From Octopus vulgaris (taxonomy: Eukaryota): 64,000 nt of DNA. The stretch is taken from contig OX597815.1 in NCBI GenBank assembly GCA_951406725.2, forward strand, positions 135,532,001 through 135,596,000. Reading direction: 5' to 3'. Within the stretch, counting starts at the first letter, position 1. The number at the start of each line of letters is the position of its first letter. The translations under genes were made by a program, and so were the position numbers. The notes below the pieces were generated by a model. The model made no database searches. It worked only from the letters and a program-made list of their open reading frames with translations, and was not told the origin of the DNA. Below are positions 25,247 through 38,861 of the stretch, in pieces.

Positions 25247-25617
25247 CTCTTTTGCTTGGTTCAGTTATTTGACTGTGACCATGCTAGAGCACCGCCTTTA
25301 GTCGAGCAAATCGACCCCAGAACTTATTCTTTGTAAGCCTAGTATTTATTCTATCTGTCTCTTTTGCCGAACCGCTAAGTTACGGGGACGTAAACACACC
25401 AGCATCGGTTGTCAAGCGATGTTGGGGGAAAGAACAAACACAGACACACAAACACACACACACATATATATTTATACGACAGGCTTCTTTCAGTTTCCGT
25501 CTACCAAATTCACTCACAAGGCTTTGGTCGGCCCGATGCTATAGTAGAAGACACTTGACCAAGGTACCATGCAGTGGGACTGAACCCGGGACCATGTGGT
25601 TCGTAAGCAATCTACTT
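25247..25617 (-). mobile_element. CORE-like tRNA SINE with internal CA/TA tract
   Basis: Reverse complement head GGTCCCGGGTTCAGTCCCACTGC..CCTTGGTCAAGTGTCTTC; near-identical to 58377-58795. Confidence 0.85.
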
Positions 25618-26559
25618 ATATTAATATAACAAATGTAAGTCGGTGAATATTACCATCTGGCTAGCAAAGATGAAAAAACAAAATTAGTAGAGAAACATAA
25701 GAATAATTGCTAATTGACAATAACACTGTAGAAAGACATATACCATGGTAAGTAAAATCGCCGCTGCGGTGCGGCGAAAATCAATTAGTTTAATCACGGA
25801 CAAGAAAAGGAACAGAAAGAAACTTCAAAATTTCAAATTAGATTGAAAGTAGACATGCAGCAGCTGCTGCGTCTGATATTTTGCAATTACACCGATAACC
25901 GTGGTACGTCTCGACTTTTTAGGCCTGCTCAGTGAAGTATAGCCTTTACTTGCTCATACCGGACCTTAAGATGAATAAGTTATATAATGAATAGGAAGTG
26001 TGAACAAGTTTGAAGTTGCCGCTGTGCGCGTTAAAGATCAGACTCACTCCAATATATGCCTACATCCAAATGAATTAATTTCAAAATTGTCTCCCTTACT
26101 TTTATTGGCTAAAATTGATTATTTAGCAAATGTGTTTCTCTCTCTTTCTCTCAATGAGTGTGATTTCAAATTTCAATGTTTGATCAACTACATAAAGTAC
26201 ATTACTCCCAACTTAACTGGTTTTCGATGCGGATGGTATCCCTGTGTAATTTCTTGTGCTACCTTAGGCGCACATACATTTGTGTATATTTTGGTAGTAA
26301 ATGGTACCCAATATCCGATTTAACTTTAACACTTGACCTCTGGTTGCCGTTAACGAAGTTCATTCACCCTTTTATAGCATTTAAAGCAGAATTCACATTC
26401 CCCCTTTCCTCTACGCTTTTCCTGCAGACACTGACCTCTAGATGTTCAGGCGGGTCATCGACCGCATCAAATGATTTTAAAGCTGGTTGTTATTGGCATT
26501 TTATTGGAGGCAAAAATTATGGTAACGCTGTTATGTTAGTTTCTCCTTCATTACCGCCG

Positions 26560-27230
26560 TATTAAACAATTTTTACAACGTGTATATAAGGTTTCTTTCA
26601 GCAGTCAGGAAATACCGTAGTGTCTAATATTAATTGGTTGCTATGGTGCAGTATCTGTGTAGTGAAGTTTACATTACTTATATTTTGCTATTAATACAGC
26701 GCCTCTATAACCAATGTGCTACTTTTTAATTGTAATCATACATACGTTGTTACGAAACGTTGTCTATATTTTTCCTATCTAGCTTCATTTTTATATTCTG
26801 CGATTATTAAGTTCTCTATTGACAACTCGTTGTAGATGCAATAGTCAGCCGGAGGGAAATTGTAACGTCTGTTTGTCTATCGTAATAGTCCTGATGTTTA
26901 CAATTTTCGTGTTTGCATATAAAGTACATTTGGCATCTCCAGTTTACTCAGTAGCTTGCAAACTTGTATTCTATTATTGATGAGAACGTTTTTCTAATGG
27001 CTGTGTTTAGGTAATATATTATTAATACTACTATTAATGTAATATATTATTAGTGCTATTATTAATGTTACTGTTTGGTTCAGTTTGATTAGGTTTTGAT
27101 AACGCATTCATGTATTTTATAGCCAAGCTGTATTTGGCTCTTGTAATAAATTTGTGTCTGTTTATTGAGTGTCTGTTTATGCTGAATTTATTGTGCTGAA
27201 TTGTTGTTGTTTTTTTATGTTGTTGCCGTT
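26560..27230 (-). mobile_element. Decayed PLE RT remnant
   Basis: NVNFTTQILHHSNQLILDTTVF resembles the PLE ..FT.E....FLD.. motif. Confidence 0.35.
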
Positions 27231-27360
27231 TTTTGTTGTCTGGCTCTAGGTTAGTTTTGATTTAACAGACTTGAAGTGATCATAGGTGGTCCAGCCGTGA
27301 CCATCTTTCTTGTTTTCAGGAATAGTATCTCTGAGATTACAATATCCAATGTGTCTATAC

Positions 27361-28006
27361 CAGTGGCAGCTCGTAGATAAAATTAGTAGGGGTGCTGCTT
27401 CAGAAAATTTTTTAGCCATTGTTTTAATATTGTGTAAAAGGAAATAAACATATAAAAAGAAAATGTATACATAAACGTGATCGGTTCGCGTTTTAGCCAC
27501 TACCGGGTAGTGTGTTCAATTTGTTCACTGAGCACCGGCGCGAATTCCCCCTTGTTTTTCAAAAACCTCCCCCACTAAATCACAAAACAAGGGGAGGAAA
27601 TCCTGGCAGCAACACTGAAGCTTGAAGCAGGATAATAATATAATTCTATACTTTATCACATTCAAGAATATAAGCACGTTTCTAAGCACAACATACGCAG
27701 AATCAAAAAGAAACACTACCTTTCACTCGGCACTGTCATTCACGCACTGCCCTCTCTCCCTAGTGTGAAGCTTCCTATCTCGGACATGTGAGCATGGAAC
27801 TGTGAAGCGCACAGTTCTGTACAAGGATTTTTGTATTTTTTTCATAAACTAGGGGATGGCTACTGACATAAGCTTAACGATTATATAATTTACAAGTATA
27901 AAGAAGGAATTAAAGAAAAAAGGACTCATATTGAATGTTATCGATAATATCGAGTGGAAATAAGGGGTGCTGCAGTCCCTCAGTTCCTATACACGAACCG
28001 CCACTG
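27361..28006. mobile_element. hAT-type MITE with 8-bp target site duplication
   Basis: TIRs CAGTGGCAGCTCGT / ACGAACCGCCACTG; GTCTATAC on both flanks (27353-27360, 28007-28014). Confidence 0.9.
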
Positions 28007-28289
28007 GTCTATACTAAAGACAATAGGGTGTGAATAGGAGGGAATTTAGGTGCTATTTCTAGGATCAAGTAATCATGCAGAGGGTCTCTTATAGACTCGT
28101 ATTTGCGTAGTATTTTACAATATGATCAGTCAACTTATCTGCATATACTAGTCTGTTTGAAATTGTCAATATATTTGTAGGAGTGTTTTTTATGTGAAGG
28201 AGACTATAATGACTCAGATTTTATATCTATACAGAATATTCACAGTCCCTCTACATGTATAAGCATGCTTTTCGTATATACATATGTAA

Positions 28290-29060
28290 AACGTATGTTA
28301 TTTTAACCCTACATTCCCATATAAAATGGGTTTGTTCAGTCATCTGACATTTTACCTTGGAAATTTTGAAACTAGAACGGCAACTCCCACTTTTTAGATT
28401 GCAGGTCGTCATCATTTTCTTGTGAGTCTGTGGGAATGAATATGTTATCCACATAATTTGTGTAATTTGTAGTTTGATACCACTTTACTCTCTATGTTGG
28501 ATTTGTAGAATGTGGGCAATTGGGATCTATTCGTTCTTGTGAGTATATAATTTTCTTTCAAAAAAGCAGAAGAGTACCTTGGCTGTGTAATATAACTGTC
28601 GTTTCCTAATGATGCTTGAGGATATTGTCTAGTATTATCGCATGGACGATAGTGAAGGCTGTTTTTTAATACTCTAATGTTTCTGAGAAATCATATAAAT
28701 AACATATGGCAATTGTTCGGAAATATTGTGTCTGGGTGAATTATTCTTGGTCGGAGATGGATAATGTCTTTGTAAATTTTTACTGATCTATGGTGATAAG
28801 GTACGGTATGTTGAATTCTCCTTCGAAGTGTTAGAGTGTAATAATTACATTTTGTATATTTGAAACAATAATTAATTTGTTAAGCTAACCATTTGATTGA
28901 AGAGTTATTTATATAAATTTTTATGAAATTGATGTTAGGTTGCAAATTGATATTTTTTTGTGTGCATTCGTCTTTGTCTATACTATATTTTATAGTCGAC
29001 TGACCTTGTATATACAAGGAGCCATAGCAACTCTTTACATTGCATAAGACAAACAAAGCT
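28290..29060 (-). mobile_element. Decayed PLE RT remnant
   Basis: YTNYVDNIFIP (YVDDIF-like) around 28435-28470 on the minus strand. Confidence 0.5.
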
Positions 29061-29474
29061 GGATAGAAAATCATTAGTTGATAACACAGCTTTCTTATAT
29101 AGAATTAACCAGAAGTAGAACATTGGTCATAGAAGATATATTAATAGAAACATTTTCTTGCTTGAAATGTCGATAGATATCGGAAATTTATTGTTCCTAA
29201 CAAAACATAAATTAACTAAGAAATGAATAAAATAAATCTTTAAAAGGTTAAAAACCAAAGGATAGCAATTTGTGAATATAGTACGTATTCTTATACTTAC
29301 AGATGTGCATACATTTAAATACACACACAATACACGCTGGCTTGCATACGTGCATATACACATATATAGTGAACATTCTGGCTTATTTTGTAGTTAAAAG
29401 CAAACAAAATTATCACTGCGATCTTATGTTAGAAGTGTATAGAATCTTAGATATTTTATACATAAACCCGTGTG

Positions 29475-29545
<71 letters not shown>

Positions 29546-30016
29546 ACACACACACTATAAATTAATCAGGGTAATTTCCATACCCTTTACTGGCCCTACC
29601 AAACTGGTAAAATTGATGTTCAGCTTGTTAACATTGAGGTGGGGTGATTTCAGACTTCAATCCCGAAGACAAACAAGGATCAATCAAACTGGTCAACAAT
29701 GAAAGTCATTACAACTGTGAGCATGCCTGCTTTATAGGGTTATCTCAAGGCCACTGGGTCCATCGCATTATTGTATGAAATTAGAATGGTATTTTTAGGA
29801 AGTTTGGTTGGTATTTCTAGCTGGTTGCACTACAGCATAGAAAAGCCTCCGTTAGCTCAAGGGTTCCATAATGGTCATAGTGATGAACTGGGAGATGTAT
29901 GTGAGACAGAAAGGTTGGGTAGGCAACTAAGTATTCAGCAGAATAGTAAGACAGTCACTCACTTCAACTACCTTTCCTGAAACTTACGGAGGAAGTAATT
30001 CCAAAGGAAACAAAAG

Positions 30017-30163
30017 CACTAGCGTAGCTATGGGAGGGCGTTAGGGGCGGTCCACCCCGAGCAGCACTTTTAAAGGGGCGGCACTTTTGGGTCTGCTGTA
30101 GGCAATATGTGTTTTTTGTGGGGTTCGGGGTCGGCAAACGGAAGGGCTCTAGCTACGTTTGTG
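30017..30163. mobile_element. Small GC-rich MITE
   Basis: Imperfect TIRs CACTAGCGTAGCTA / TAGCTACGTTTGTG. Confidence 0.6.
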
Positions 30164-30331
30164 TATAGATGGGGGTGCTTTCGTCATGAGAAATCATCAG
30201 TAATAGTGGGATCAAAAATTTGGAGCGATTGTGAAGATTCTAGTAGAGTACGGCTCATAATTAAGAGGAGTGTGATGCGCTGATTTTATTCTTGATATAA
30301 GTAGCTTCTCTCTCTCTCTCTTTCTCTCTCA

Positions 30332-30380
<49 letters not shown>

Positions 30381-30424
30381 TTTCACTGAGCGTCAAGCTA
30401 ATACATTTCTCATATATATATATA

Positions 30425-30921
30425 CTAGCAGTATCGCCCGGCGTTGCTCGGGTTTGTAAGGGAAATAACTATATAAGCATTTTTAGAGAGTTACTTTCCT
30501 TAAGGTTGCCAATTCGGGCTTTCTTAGCCATTTCTGTTTTGGTGTCTTCAAGCCATGAAGTCGTTGTTCTAAAAGAACGCTGGTCTCCTTGACAACGCTT
30601 TACGACGTTGATTTCCTTACACTCCCTTCCCCACAGCTTCACGAGGGAGGGAAGAAGGGGGAGAAGCAAACAGGTGCAGGTGTGACCATGGACGCCAACT
30701 CCGCCGCCATCGACACACGAAAAATTATGCATTAAAATGGAATAAAAAATGATGTTAAATTATTTTAAAAATCGTAGACTCATCGTAGACGCACGCTAAT
30801 AGCCAGACGGGCTCGATATGAATCACGACTATAAGATACCCGAATTTGGTTAAACTGCACCGCAAAATGTGGGAGTAGTTAGGAATCTAAATCGAAGGGG
30901 ACAGACACTCACACAACTACA

Positions 30922-30935
<14 letters not shown>
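30425..30935 (-). mobile_element. Non-autonomous Helitron-like element in a TA tract
   Basis: Minus-strand 3' end: hairpin CCCGAGCAACGCCGGG followed by CTAG; 5' end TATATAAAACTGTAGTTG. Confidence 0.75.
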
Positions 30936-30963
<28 letters not shown>

Positions 30964-31598
30964 CACGTATATACATACATGTAAAGGTATATCCAGACGC
31001 ACATAAGCACACACGCATTTGATTTTAGCTTTTACTTCAGTTTGACTTTGTCCTTCTTAGAAGGTTGATAAAATAAATTCTAGACAAAGGATTGTGGTCG
31101 ATATCATCGACTGGAGACACGTGAAACAGGAGCTCCAGTATGGTCAGTGTTCAGCGACTGAAACCAGTAAAATAACAAAAGAATATATACACTGAAGCGA
31201 TTGTGAATTTTCTTATATATCAAATAAAAAGCTATATATTTTGGGCAGAGTTCCAGGTTCTCTGGCTCTACACCCAACTCTTGTCCATAGAAAGTAAAAG
31301 ATACAAATAAACGCTAAGATACAATATATAATGATGACAGACTTTCTTGAAAGCGATGTACTGAACTTTGACATACAACATATAGCATAGAATAAAACTA
31401 CAATATGAGTAAGACAAGCCGTCAGCGTCGGCTGATATCTATGTAAAAACATTATTAATACGACAATCAACCTACACCTATCATGAATGACATATTACCG
31501 AAAGGAATAAGACAAACACAAAAGAAAAGAAAAAGCAATTTTGAGACGATAGTGCTTTTCACTTTCTGTTTCCTTCATCATCATCATCATCATCATCA

Positions 31599-31662
<64 letters not shown>

Positions 31663-31679
31663 CATTATTATTATTATTA

Positions 31680-31729
<50 letters not shown>

Positions 31730-32248
31730 CATTTTGTCAGGAAAAAAAGACAAAAACAAACCCGGTCTGTTTTATATTAAAACTCACTTGAAATGAACCA
31801 AAGAGACAGACACAGCACGATCTTTCGACCTGCTAGAAATACCAGCCAAATCTTTTACTCATAGAAATAAAAGGACAGGTTAGATTGTATTGTTCTAGAT
31901 ATACAAAGAACAAAAAAAAACTAGTTGGCCATTGTACGGTTGTAACGCCTTCAAGCATAGATATCTGTCTACCCGTTTTAGCTTTCGTGTGGGGCAAAAC
32001 AACAACAAAAGCTAACACCTTGCCCGTCGCTAAGGGCACTGTCTCTTCACTATTCAATGATGCACCCTCAGATTTACAGTAAGGCGCATATTTCGAAACT
32101 CCACTTAAGCATTTGTTACAAATTAGGGCCCACCGAGAATATTCTGGGACACCCCGAGGCACCAAATTCTGGCGATGGGCCTATTCTTTAACTCATGGAC
32201 ACCATCGATGACAAATGAACACTAGTGATAATTACAAAATGACAGTCA

Positions 32249-32299
<51 letters not shown>

Positions 32300-32320
32300 T
32301 CACACATATTACCCAGACAT

Positions 32321-32677
32321 AGGCGCAGGCGTTGCCGTGTGAAAAGAAGTTTACATCCCAAATGCACTGTTCCAGGTTCAGTCCCACTGTGTCCGACTAC
32401 AGTCTTGTGAGTGGATCTGGTAGACACAAACTAAAACGAAGCTCTTCGCACACGCACACACACGCACACACACACACATGCGCACACGCATATAAGTGTT
32501 GGTGTGTTTACGTCCCTGTAACTTAGCGCTCCAGCAGAAATGATCGATAGAATAAGTACCAGGCTATTTTCTACAAAACAAAAAGTACTGGGGTCGATTC
32601 GTTGGTCTAAAATTCTTCAAGGCGGCGCTCCAGCTTGGACGCAGTCTAACGGTTGAAACAAATAAAAGATAAAAGAT
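32321..32677 (+). mobile_element. CORE-like SINE, diverged
   Basis: CCAGGTTCAGTCCCACTG head; GATAGAATAAGTACCAGG..CTCCAGC..GCAGTC tail. Confidence 0.75.
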
Positions 32678-32999
32678 ACAACACCGACTTTCCGGATACT
32701 GATAGTCTGGGACCTCTAATAATCCGTACTAATTTACCAGCTGGAACTTCAAATTTCCGCGGCCTCCAGGCTTGTTTATTACCTTGCACATTACAGCATT
32801 AATAAACTTGTACAATTTATAGTATTGATATAGGTACCTGCGTTCCGTTTAATTATTTCAGTAAATTTAATATTTGTTTGATTTTGGGTGTGTTGATCAA
32901 GGTGACCAACCCATTGTTCGGAAAAATATCAGTAATTCAGAAAAACTTTGGAACCAAAGGTTTCGGTAAATCGATGTTGTGCCTAAACTACTAGCATCA

Positions 33000-33403
33000 C
33001 GGCAGACACGTTAGCACGCCAGGCGAAATGCTTAACGGTATTTCGTCTGTCATTACGTTCTGAGTTCAAATTCTGCCGAGGTCGACTTTGCCTTTCATCC
33101 TTTTGGGGTCGATAAATAAAGTACCAGTTACGCACTGGGGTCGATGTAATCGACTTAATACCCATGTCTGTCCTTGTTTGTCCCCTCTGTGTTTAGCCCC
33201 TTGTGGGTAATAAAGAAATAGGTATTTCGTCTGTCGTTACGTTCTGAGTTCAAATTCCGCCGAGGTCGACTTTGCCTTTCATCCTTTCGCGGTCGATAAA
33301 TAAAGTACCAGTTTCGCATTGGGGTTGATGTAATCGACTTAATCCCTTTGTCTGTCCTTGTTTGTCCCCTCTATGTTTAGCCATTTGTGGGCAATAAAGA
33401 AAT
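33000..33403 (+). mobile_element. Nin-like SINE with tandem internal duplication
   Basis: Two ~185 bp units beginning GGTATTTCGTCTGTC. Confidence 0.9.
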
Positions 33404-34271
33404 ATATAATAGACTAGCAAATATTTAGGTGTAATTGAATAAAACCAAAAATGTAATTAAAATATCATATACATATATTCATATATACATATACCACACG
33501 CGCGCGCGCACATACACGCGCACACATATGTATATTCTTGTACTGGTTTAAGTGATTTGTATGTGGCCTTTATTGAGGTATTTCGTTCAATGGTTTAGCC
33601 AACATGCCGACCTTTGTATCTATTTCAATTTGTCGAACTGGTGCGTTACAGATCATAAAAGGATGCAATATAAACAACACCGATTTCAAAAGCGGTGTAA
33701 ACGCATACACAAAGACGCACACAAACATATGTCATTACACACACACATACATTCATATATGTGTGTGTGTATGTGAATGTATGTGTGTGTGTGTGTGTGT
33801 GTGTGTATCCGCGCGCACGTACTGATATACATCACACACACACACGACGGTCTTTCACACAGTTTCGTCTTCAGTTCTGCTCACAAGGAGCTGGTCAATC
33901 CAAGACTTAAAGTACAAGTCACTTTGTGAATTTCTAACAAATGCTGTAAAATTTTATTTTCTTTCTCTTAATAAAAGTAAAACAATTCATTATAAATGTA
34001 AAATACCATTCAAAATGAAATGCACTATTTAAGCCATTGTCTTAATTGAATCATTTCCCTTAGCTCAGTTTCAATTTTTTGAATACAAATAGCCGCTGGC
34101 CAAAAATTGTTCGTAACCATTTCTCTGGTTGTAAAGTCTGAAATACGAATTTTTGCCCAGGGTTTGTTGGGGGTAAAAACTCTGAATAAGTCAATTAACT
34201 TTCATTCGATAAACGCATTTAACCACCGTGCCCATCATACTGAGTTCTATATCAGATAACGTTTGTTCTAT

Positions 34272-34687
34272 TCTCTTTTACTCTTATACTTGTTTCAGTA
34301 TTTTACTGCGGCCATGCTGGAGCACTGCATTAAACGTTTTTTCAGTCGAAGAAATCGACCTTAGGACGTGTTCATTGTAAGTCTAGCATTTATTCTATCG
34401 GTTTCTTTTCCCGAACCGCTGGGTTACGGTGACGCAAACAGATCAACATCGGTTGTCAAGCAATGGTGTTGAGGTGGGGGTCAAACACAGACACAAAAGA
34501 CACGCAGACATGAATATACATATAAAAAGTAATTAAGATTCAGTTGAATTTGGTAATTCAGTTGAGGCACCAAGTCAGTCCTGTATTGTCTAGTATTTAT
34601 TCGATCGATCTCTTTTCCCGAACCGCTAAGTTACGGGGATGTAAACTCACCAACAAGTGGAAGGGCAGACGCAAACACAGACACACA

Positions 34688-34727
<40 letters not shown>

Positions 34728-35410
34728 AAATAATTACGATTCATTTGAATTAGGTACTTAAGGTGAGGCACCAAATCAGTCCGGTATTGTCTGCACAGCC
34801 CGAAGTTGGGTGAATAAAGTACAAGGATTTCCAGGTATTAGTGCATAATGGCCATTTCAAGCGGCTCCATTTAATCAATCAATGCAAGCCTTACATCAGT
34901 TTGAAATAACCCGCTTTCCTCGGACGCATAATACCGTATAGGTTTTCAGCATACAGGATATCTCTTTTCTGCCAGTAAGCTTTGGGCATTTTCTCCCTAA
35001 GTTCATTCTGCTACAAAAATGACAATAAGCATGTAATTCTTTTATCCTCTAGTTCTGATGAAAAATTTGCTAAAAAATTTTAATGGAATATCTTATATAT
35101 TGAAAACCTGTGGTTTTATACGTCCGAGGAAAGCGAGTTATTTCAAATTGATGTAATACTTGCACTGGTCGATTAAATGGAGCCGCCTGAAACGCCCGTA
35201 ATGCACTAATCCCGGAATCCTTGTTACTTATTTGCTATATGTATATATATACACGATAGGCTTCTTCCAATTTTCGTTTACTTAATCCACTCACAAGTCT
35301 TTAATCGGCCCGAGGCTATAGTAGAAGACACTTGCTTAAGGTGTCATGCAGTGGAACTAAACCCGGATCATGTGTGGTTGGGGAGCAAGCTTCTTACTAC
35401 ACAACCACGC
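34272..35410 (-). mobile_element. CORE-like SINE, partly duplicated and split by a fold-back insertion
   Basis: SINE tail at 34272-34510 and 34590-34700; head at 35250-35410. Confidence 0.7.
34818..35228. repeat. Fold-back element, arms ~34818-34963 / ~35086-35228
   Basis: e.g. GCGGCTCCATTTAATC / GATTAAATGGAGCCGC and CGCTTTCCTCGGACG / CGTCCGAGGAAAGCG. Confidence 0.85.
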
Positions 35411-35971
35411 TATATAGAATATATTTTAATATACTTTGCATCTCTCACATTACCACACACACACACTGCATACAAAATTGTTATATACACTTTTCATTTA
35501 ACTCTAAACAATAACGTCCACTATGGAATAGAAAAAAAACATTCGTAGCACTTCTGCAACCAGGTCATTGACACAATTTCACTGTAGACAGGTTGATGGC
35601 ACTATAAAGAAGTAAACGAAAAGTGAAGGTAACAATCATTGTATGTTTTCCAATAGCTATCGTGACTTGTCTGCGATATGTGATATATGCATGGAGACAT
35701 CCATATATACATACATTCGTAGACACACACACACATGTATGTTTTAAAAAAATGCTTTTGGAAAAATTCTTGATACAGTCACAACTTTTGAAGAATGAGT
35801 TCCTTAAAGTAAAAATTATCAAATGTATAAAAAATTATAAACAGAATGGCACGAACCTTTTTGGAAAATTCGTGTCATTCTGTTTCTTTTAAGGCTTTTT
35901 AAATATAATTTATAAGTTTCATGTTAACAAAATATTTACACACACGCACGCACACATATACACGTGTGCCT

Positions 35972-36024
<53 letters not shown>

Positions 36025-36062
36025 ATATATATATATATTTATATGTATGCATATACATGCAT

Positions 36063-36112
<50 letters not shown>

Positions 36113-36481
36113 GCTTGTGTATGTGTATATACATGTAAATATTACATGCGTACATAGGTATGTATATTATTGAGTATATGTGTATATTCCTTTGTTCTTA
36201 AATACATACACATCCTTAGATGCATATAATTAATAGTGAGAATGGTGTGTATATTATACAAATGGATATAGCTCCCGTTTACATTATCTATCCATATTTA
36301 TATGGTTTTACATTGATAAATGTAAACACACTCCTTACGCGTATATCTGTTTGTATATGCATGCATGTGTGTGTAGTATAAACACGCAAAATTATTGATG
36401 ATCCAATTATTTCTGAATATCTATTGGGTGATTATTTTTGTGGCTGTTTTCTTTCACTTTCGCCCCGTTCTTTCTTCCTGC

Positions 36482-36517
<36 letters not shown>

Positions 36518-36959
36518 GTGTGTGCGAGCGTGTTTTCACTCTTGCGGTGGAAAGAATAAAAGAGAGAAAGAGAGAGTGTGCTAGACGAGAGTGGGTTAGA
36601 CAAGTTTGGGCATGTACGAATAAACGCGATAACGAGAACGAGTAAGTTAGAGAGACAGACAGATTGGTTTGACAAATAGATAAATAGATAATTATGTAGA
36701 GAAAGAAAGAAACTGGAATAGAGGTGTATAAGTGTGTATGTGTGCGTGCATGACAGAGAGAAAGCGATAGACGGAGAAAGGTACATAGATATACATGCAA
36801 AAAGAAAGCGGGAGTAATAGAGAATGAAAGATATCCTTTTATTCTTTTGCATAGTCAATGGACTATGACTCCGTTGGGGCAATGTCTTCAAAGGTCATTG
36901 CTGATCGTGTCGACCTTCCGTTTCTTCAGTTTAATACTTACTTTATATTTATTTATTCA

Positions 36960-37570
36960 CCGGTCAGCAGGTGTTCTCTGCGATTCCAGACAAGACAGTG
37001 ACTGTTTTCTTTGCTATCCAATCTGGGAAAAGCTTTTTTAATCCGTGCTAAAATCTACGTTGTGAAAAGGTTTTAAAACGCGCTGGGTTTCCCGATCGAT
37101 TTTTTTCAAGCGCTCAACGATGACAGGATTGGCTAAGAATCTCATCAAAACAATCTCTCTGAAGAGTTTCCAACCACCAAAGATCTGCAACAAAACTGTA
37201 CATTTGTTCCAAGACATTTTGTTCTTGTACCAGGCAGACAGGTTTCACGAACTATGAATTCCAAATAAATCAGGAGTGGAGATAATGTATCACTTTGGTG
37301 GAGAAATTTTCAACCTGTCCAAACTCCATTCCAAAGGATTGACCAAAAGATCAGACGTTTTACTGAACTGTACGCAGACGATAATGCTTCATCAGCTTAC
37401 ACATATGAAGAAACGCAGTAGTTAGTTAACATCTTCGAACACAAATGACTACTTAGATCTCACCATCAACGTCCAGAAAATCAAGTGTTTTTTCAATACA
37501 TGCTCCGAAGATAAACCTTCAATATTTCAACATCACCGTCTCCAACACTCTTCGAAACAGGTACATTAAT
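36960..37570 (+). mobile_element. RTE (BovB-like) RT remnant
   Basis: GVEIMYHFGGEIFNLSKL, ELYADDNA, LDLTINVQKIK. Confidence 0.8.
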
Positions 37571-37606
37571 CCTTCTAATGCGCACGTGTATGTGTGTAGT
37601 GCATAT

Positions 37607-37641
<35 letters not shown>

Positions 37642-38074
37642 TCACATTAACATACAGAGACATTTAGATTCAGTAGTATTTCCTGCAGGAATGCAAAGCA
37701 TGTATTGCATGTCTGTGACATATAACTGAATGCATATAAAAAAAACCGATTTTAATATAAATCTTTAATATTCATGAGAGACAGCTGGAAAGAAGCTGCA
37801 TACATTCCATATGTACACTATTTCAATTATATAGCTCCGATTTTTAAAATTGCATGATTTGGCTTAAGTACTAGGAGTTATCTCTGTTTCATACATACTC
37901 ACATACATACACACGTATGTGTGTACTATAGATATGCGTATGATAGATGTTATACGCACATAGGCACGCACATATATAAACAATCAAACAGATACGTAGA
38001 TAAATCGGTATACAAAGTGATAGTAAAGGCGAGATAAGTTGGGCGACTAAGCGAATGAGAGAGAAAGAGAGGGA

Positions 38075-38115
<41 letters not shown>

Positions 38116-38652
38116 GGTGAGAGAGAGTGAGGAAGTGATATTAGAAAAGATAAATGAATGTTTTTTTTATTATTCTGAATTGCGTATATATACAGACACT
38201 CTCCAATCAATATTAGAAAGAATTTAATTAAATTATATTTAGATATATGATTAAATCTAAAATGACGCTGGTAGAATGTAATTTAAGGGAAATTTGTCTG
38301 CTCCCCTCTCCCTCGTAGGTCAAGCAGATAGACGCTCTCTTTTACTCAAATACCACATAGAGTGTCTTTCGTCAGCTCATGAAAGGTTGTGGTGTTTTAG
38401 TTGCTGTTTAGCCTCAGGTCAGATTTCATTGAAAATACTTACGAGCAAAATAGCTCAATCACGATTCTCCTATTTTTTTCTTTTTTCTTTTATTTTTTGT
38501 ATATCTAAAATTACATTGTCCAATGTGGATTTTACTATTCTTAATACAGTTGAGAGTAATTTGAAATATATTTCGTTCTATTTCTAGCAGAATGAGCGAT
38601 TACTTAGAAGCATCCTCATGGTGATATTCGTAATATTTAATTATTCCTCTAA

Positions 38653-38861
38653 GGGCGGTGAGCTGGTGGAATCGTTAGCAAGCCGGGCAAAATGCTTAGC
38701 GGTATTTCGTCCGTCTTTACGTTCTGAGTTCAAATTCTGCTGCGGTCTTTTATGCTCTCGGGGTCGATAAAATAAGTGCCACTCAAGTTCTGGGGTCGAT
38801 ATAATCGACTTACCCCCAGCCCCGAATTTGTTGGCCCTGTGTCAAAATTTGAAACTAATAT
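38653..38861 (+). mobile_element. Nin-like SINE
   Basis: GGCGGTGAGCTGGTGGAATCGTTAGC..GAGTTCAAATTC. Confidence 0.8.

Noticed and set aside
25900-25940. Minus-strand CTGAGCA-GGC..GTC-GAGAC-GTA
   Set aside because: 3-8 mismatch, GAGA instead of GAAA, and no stem I
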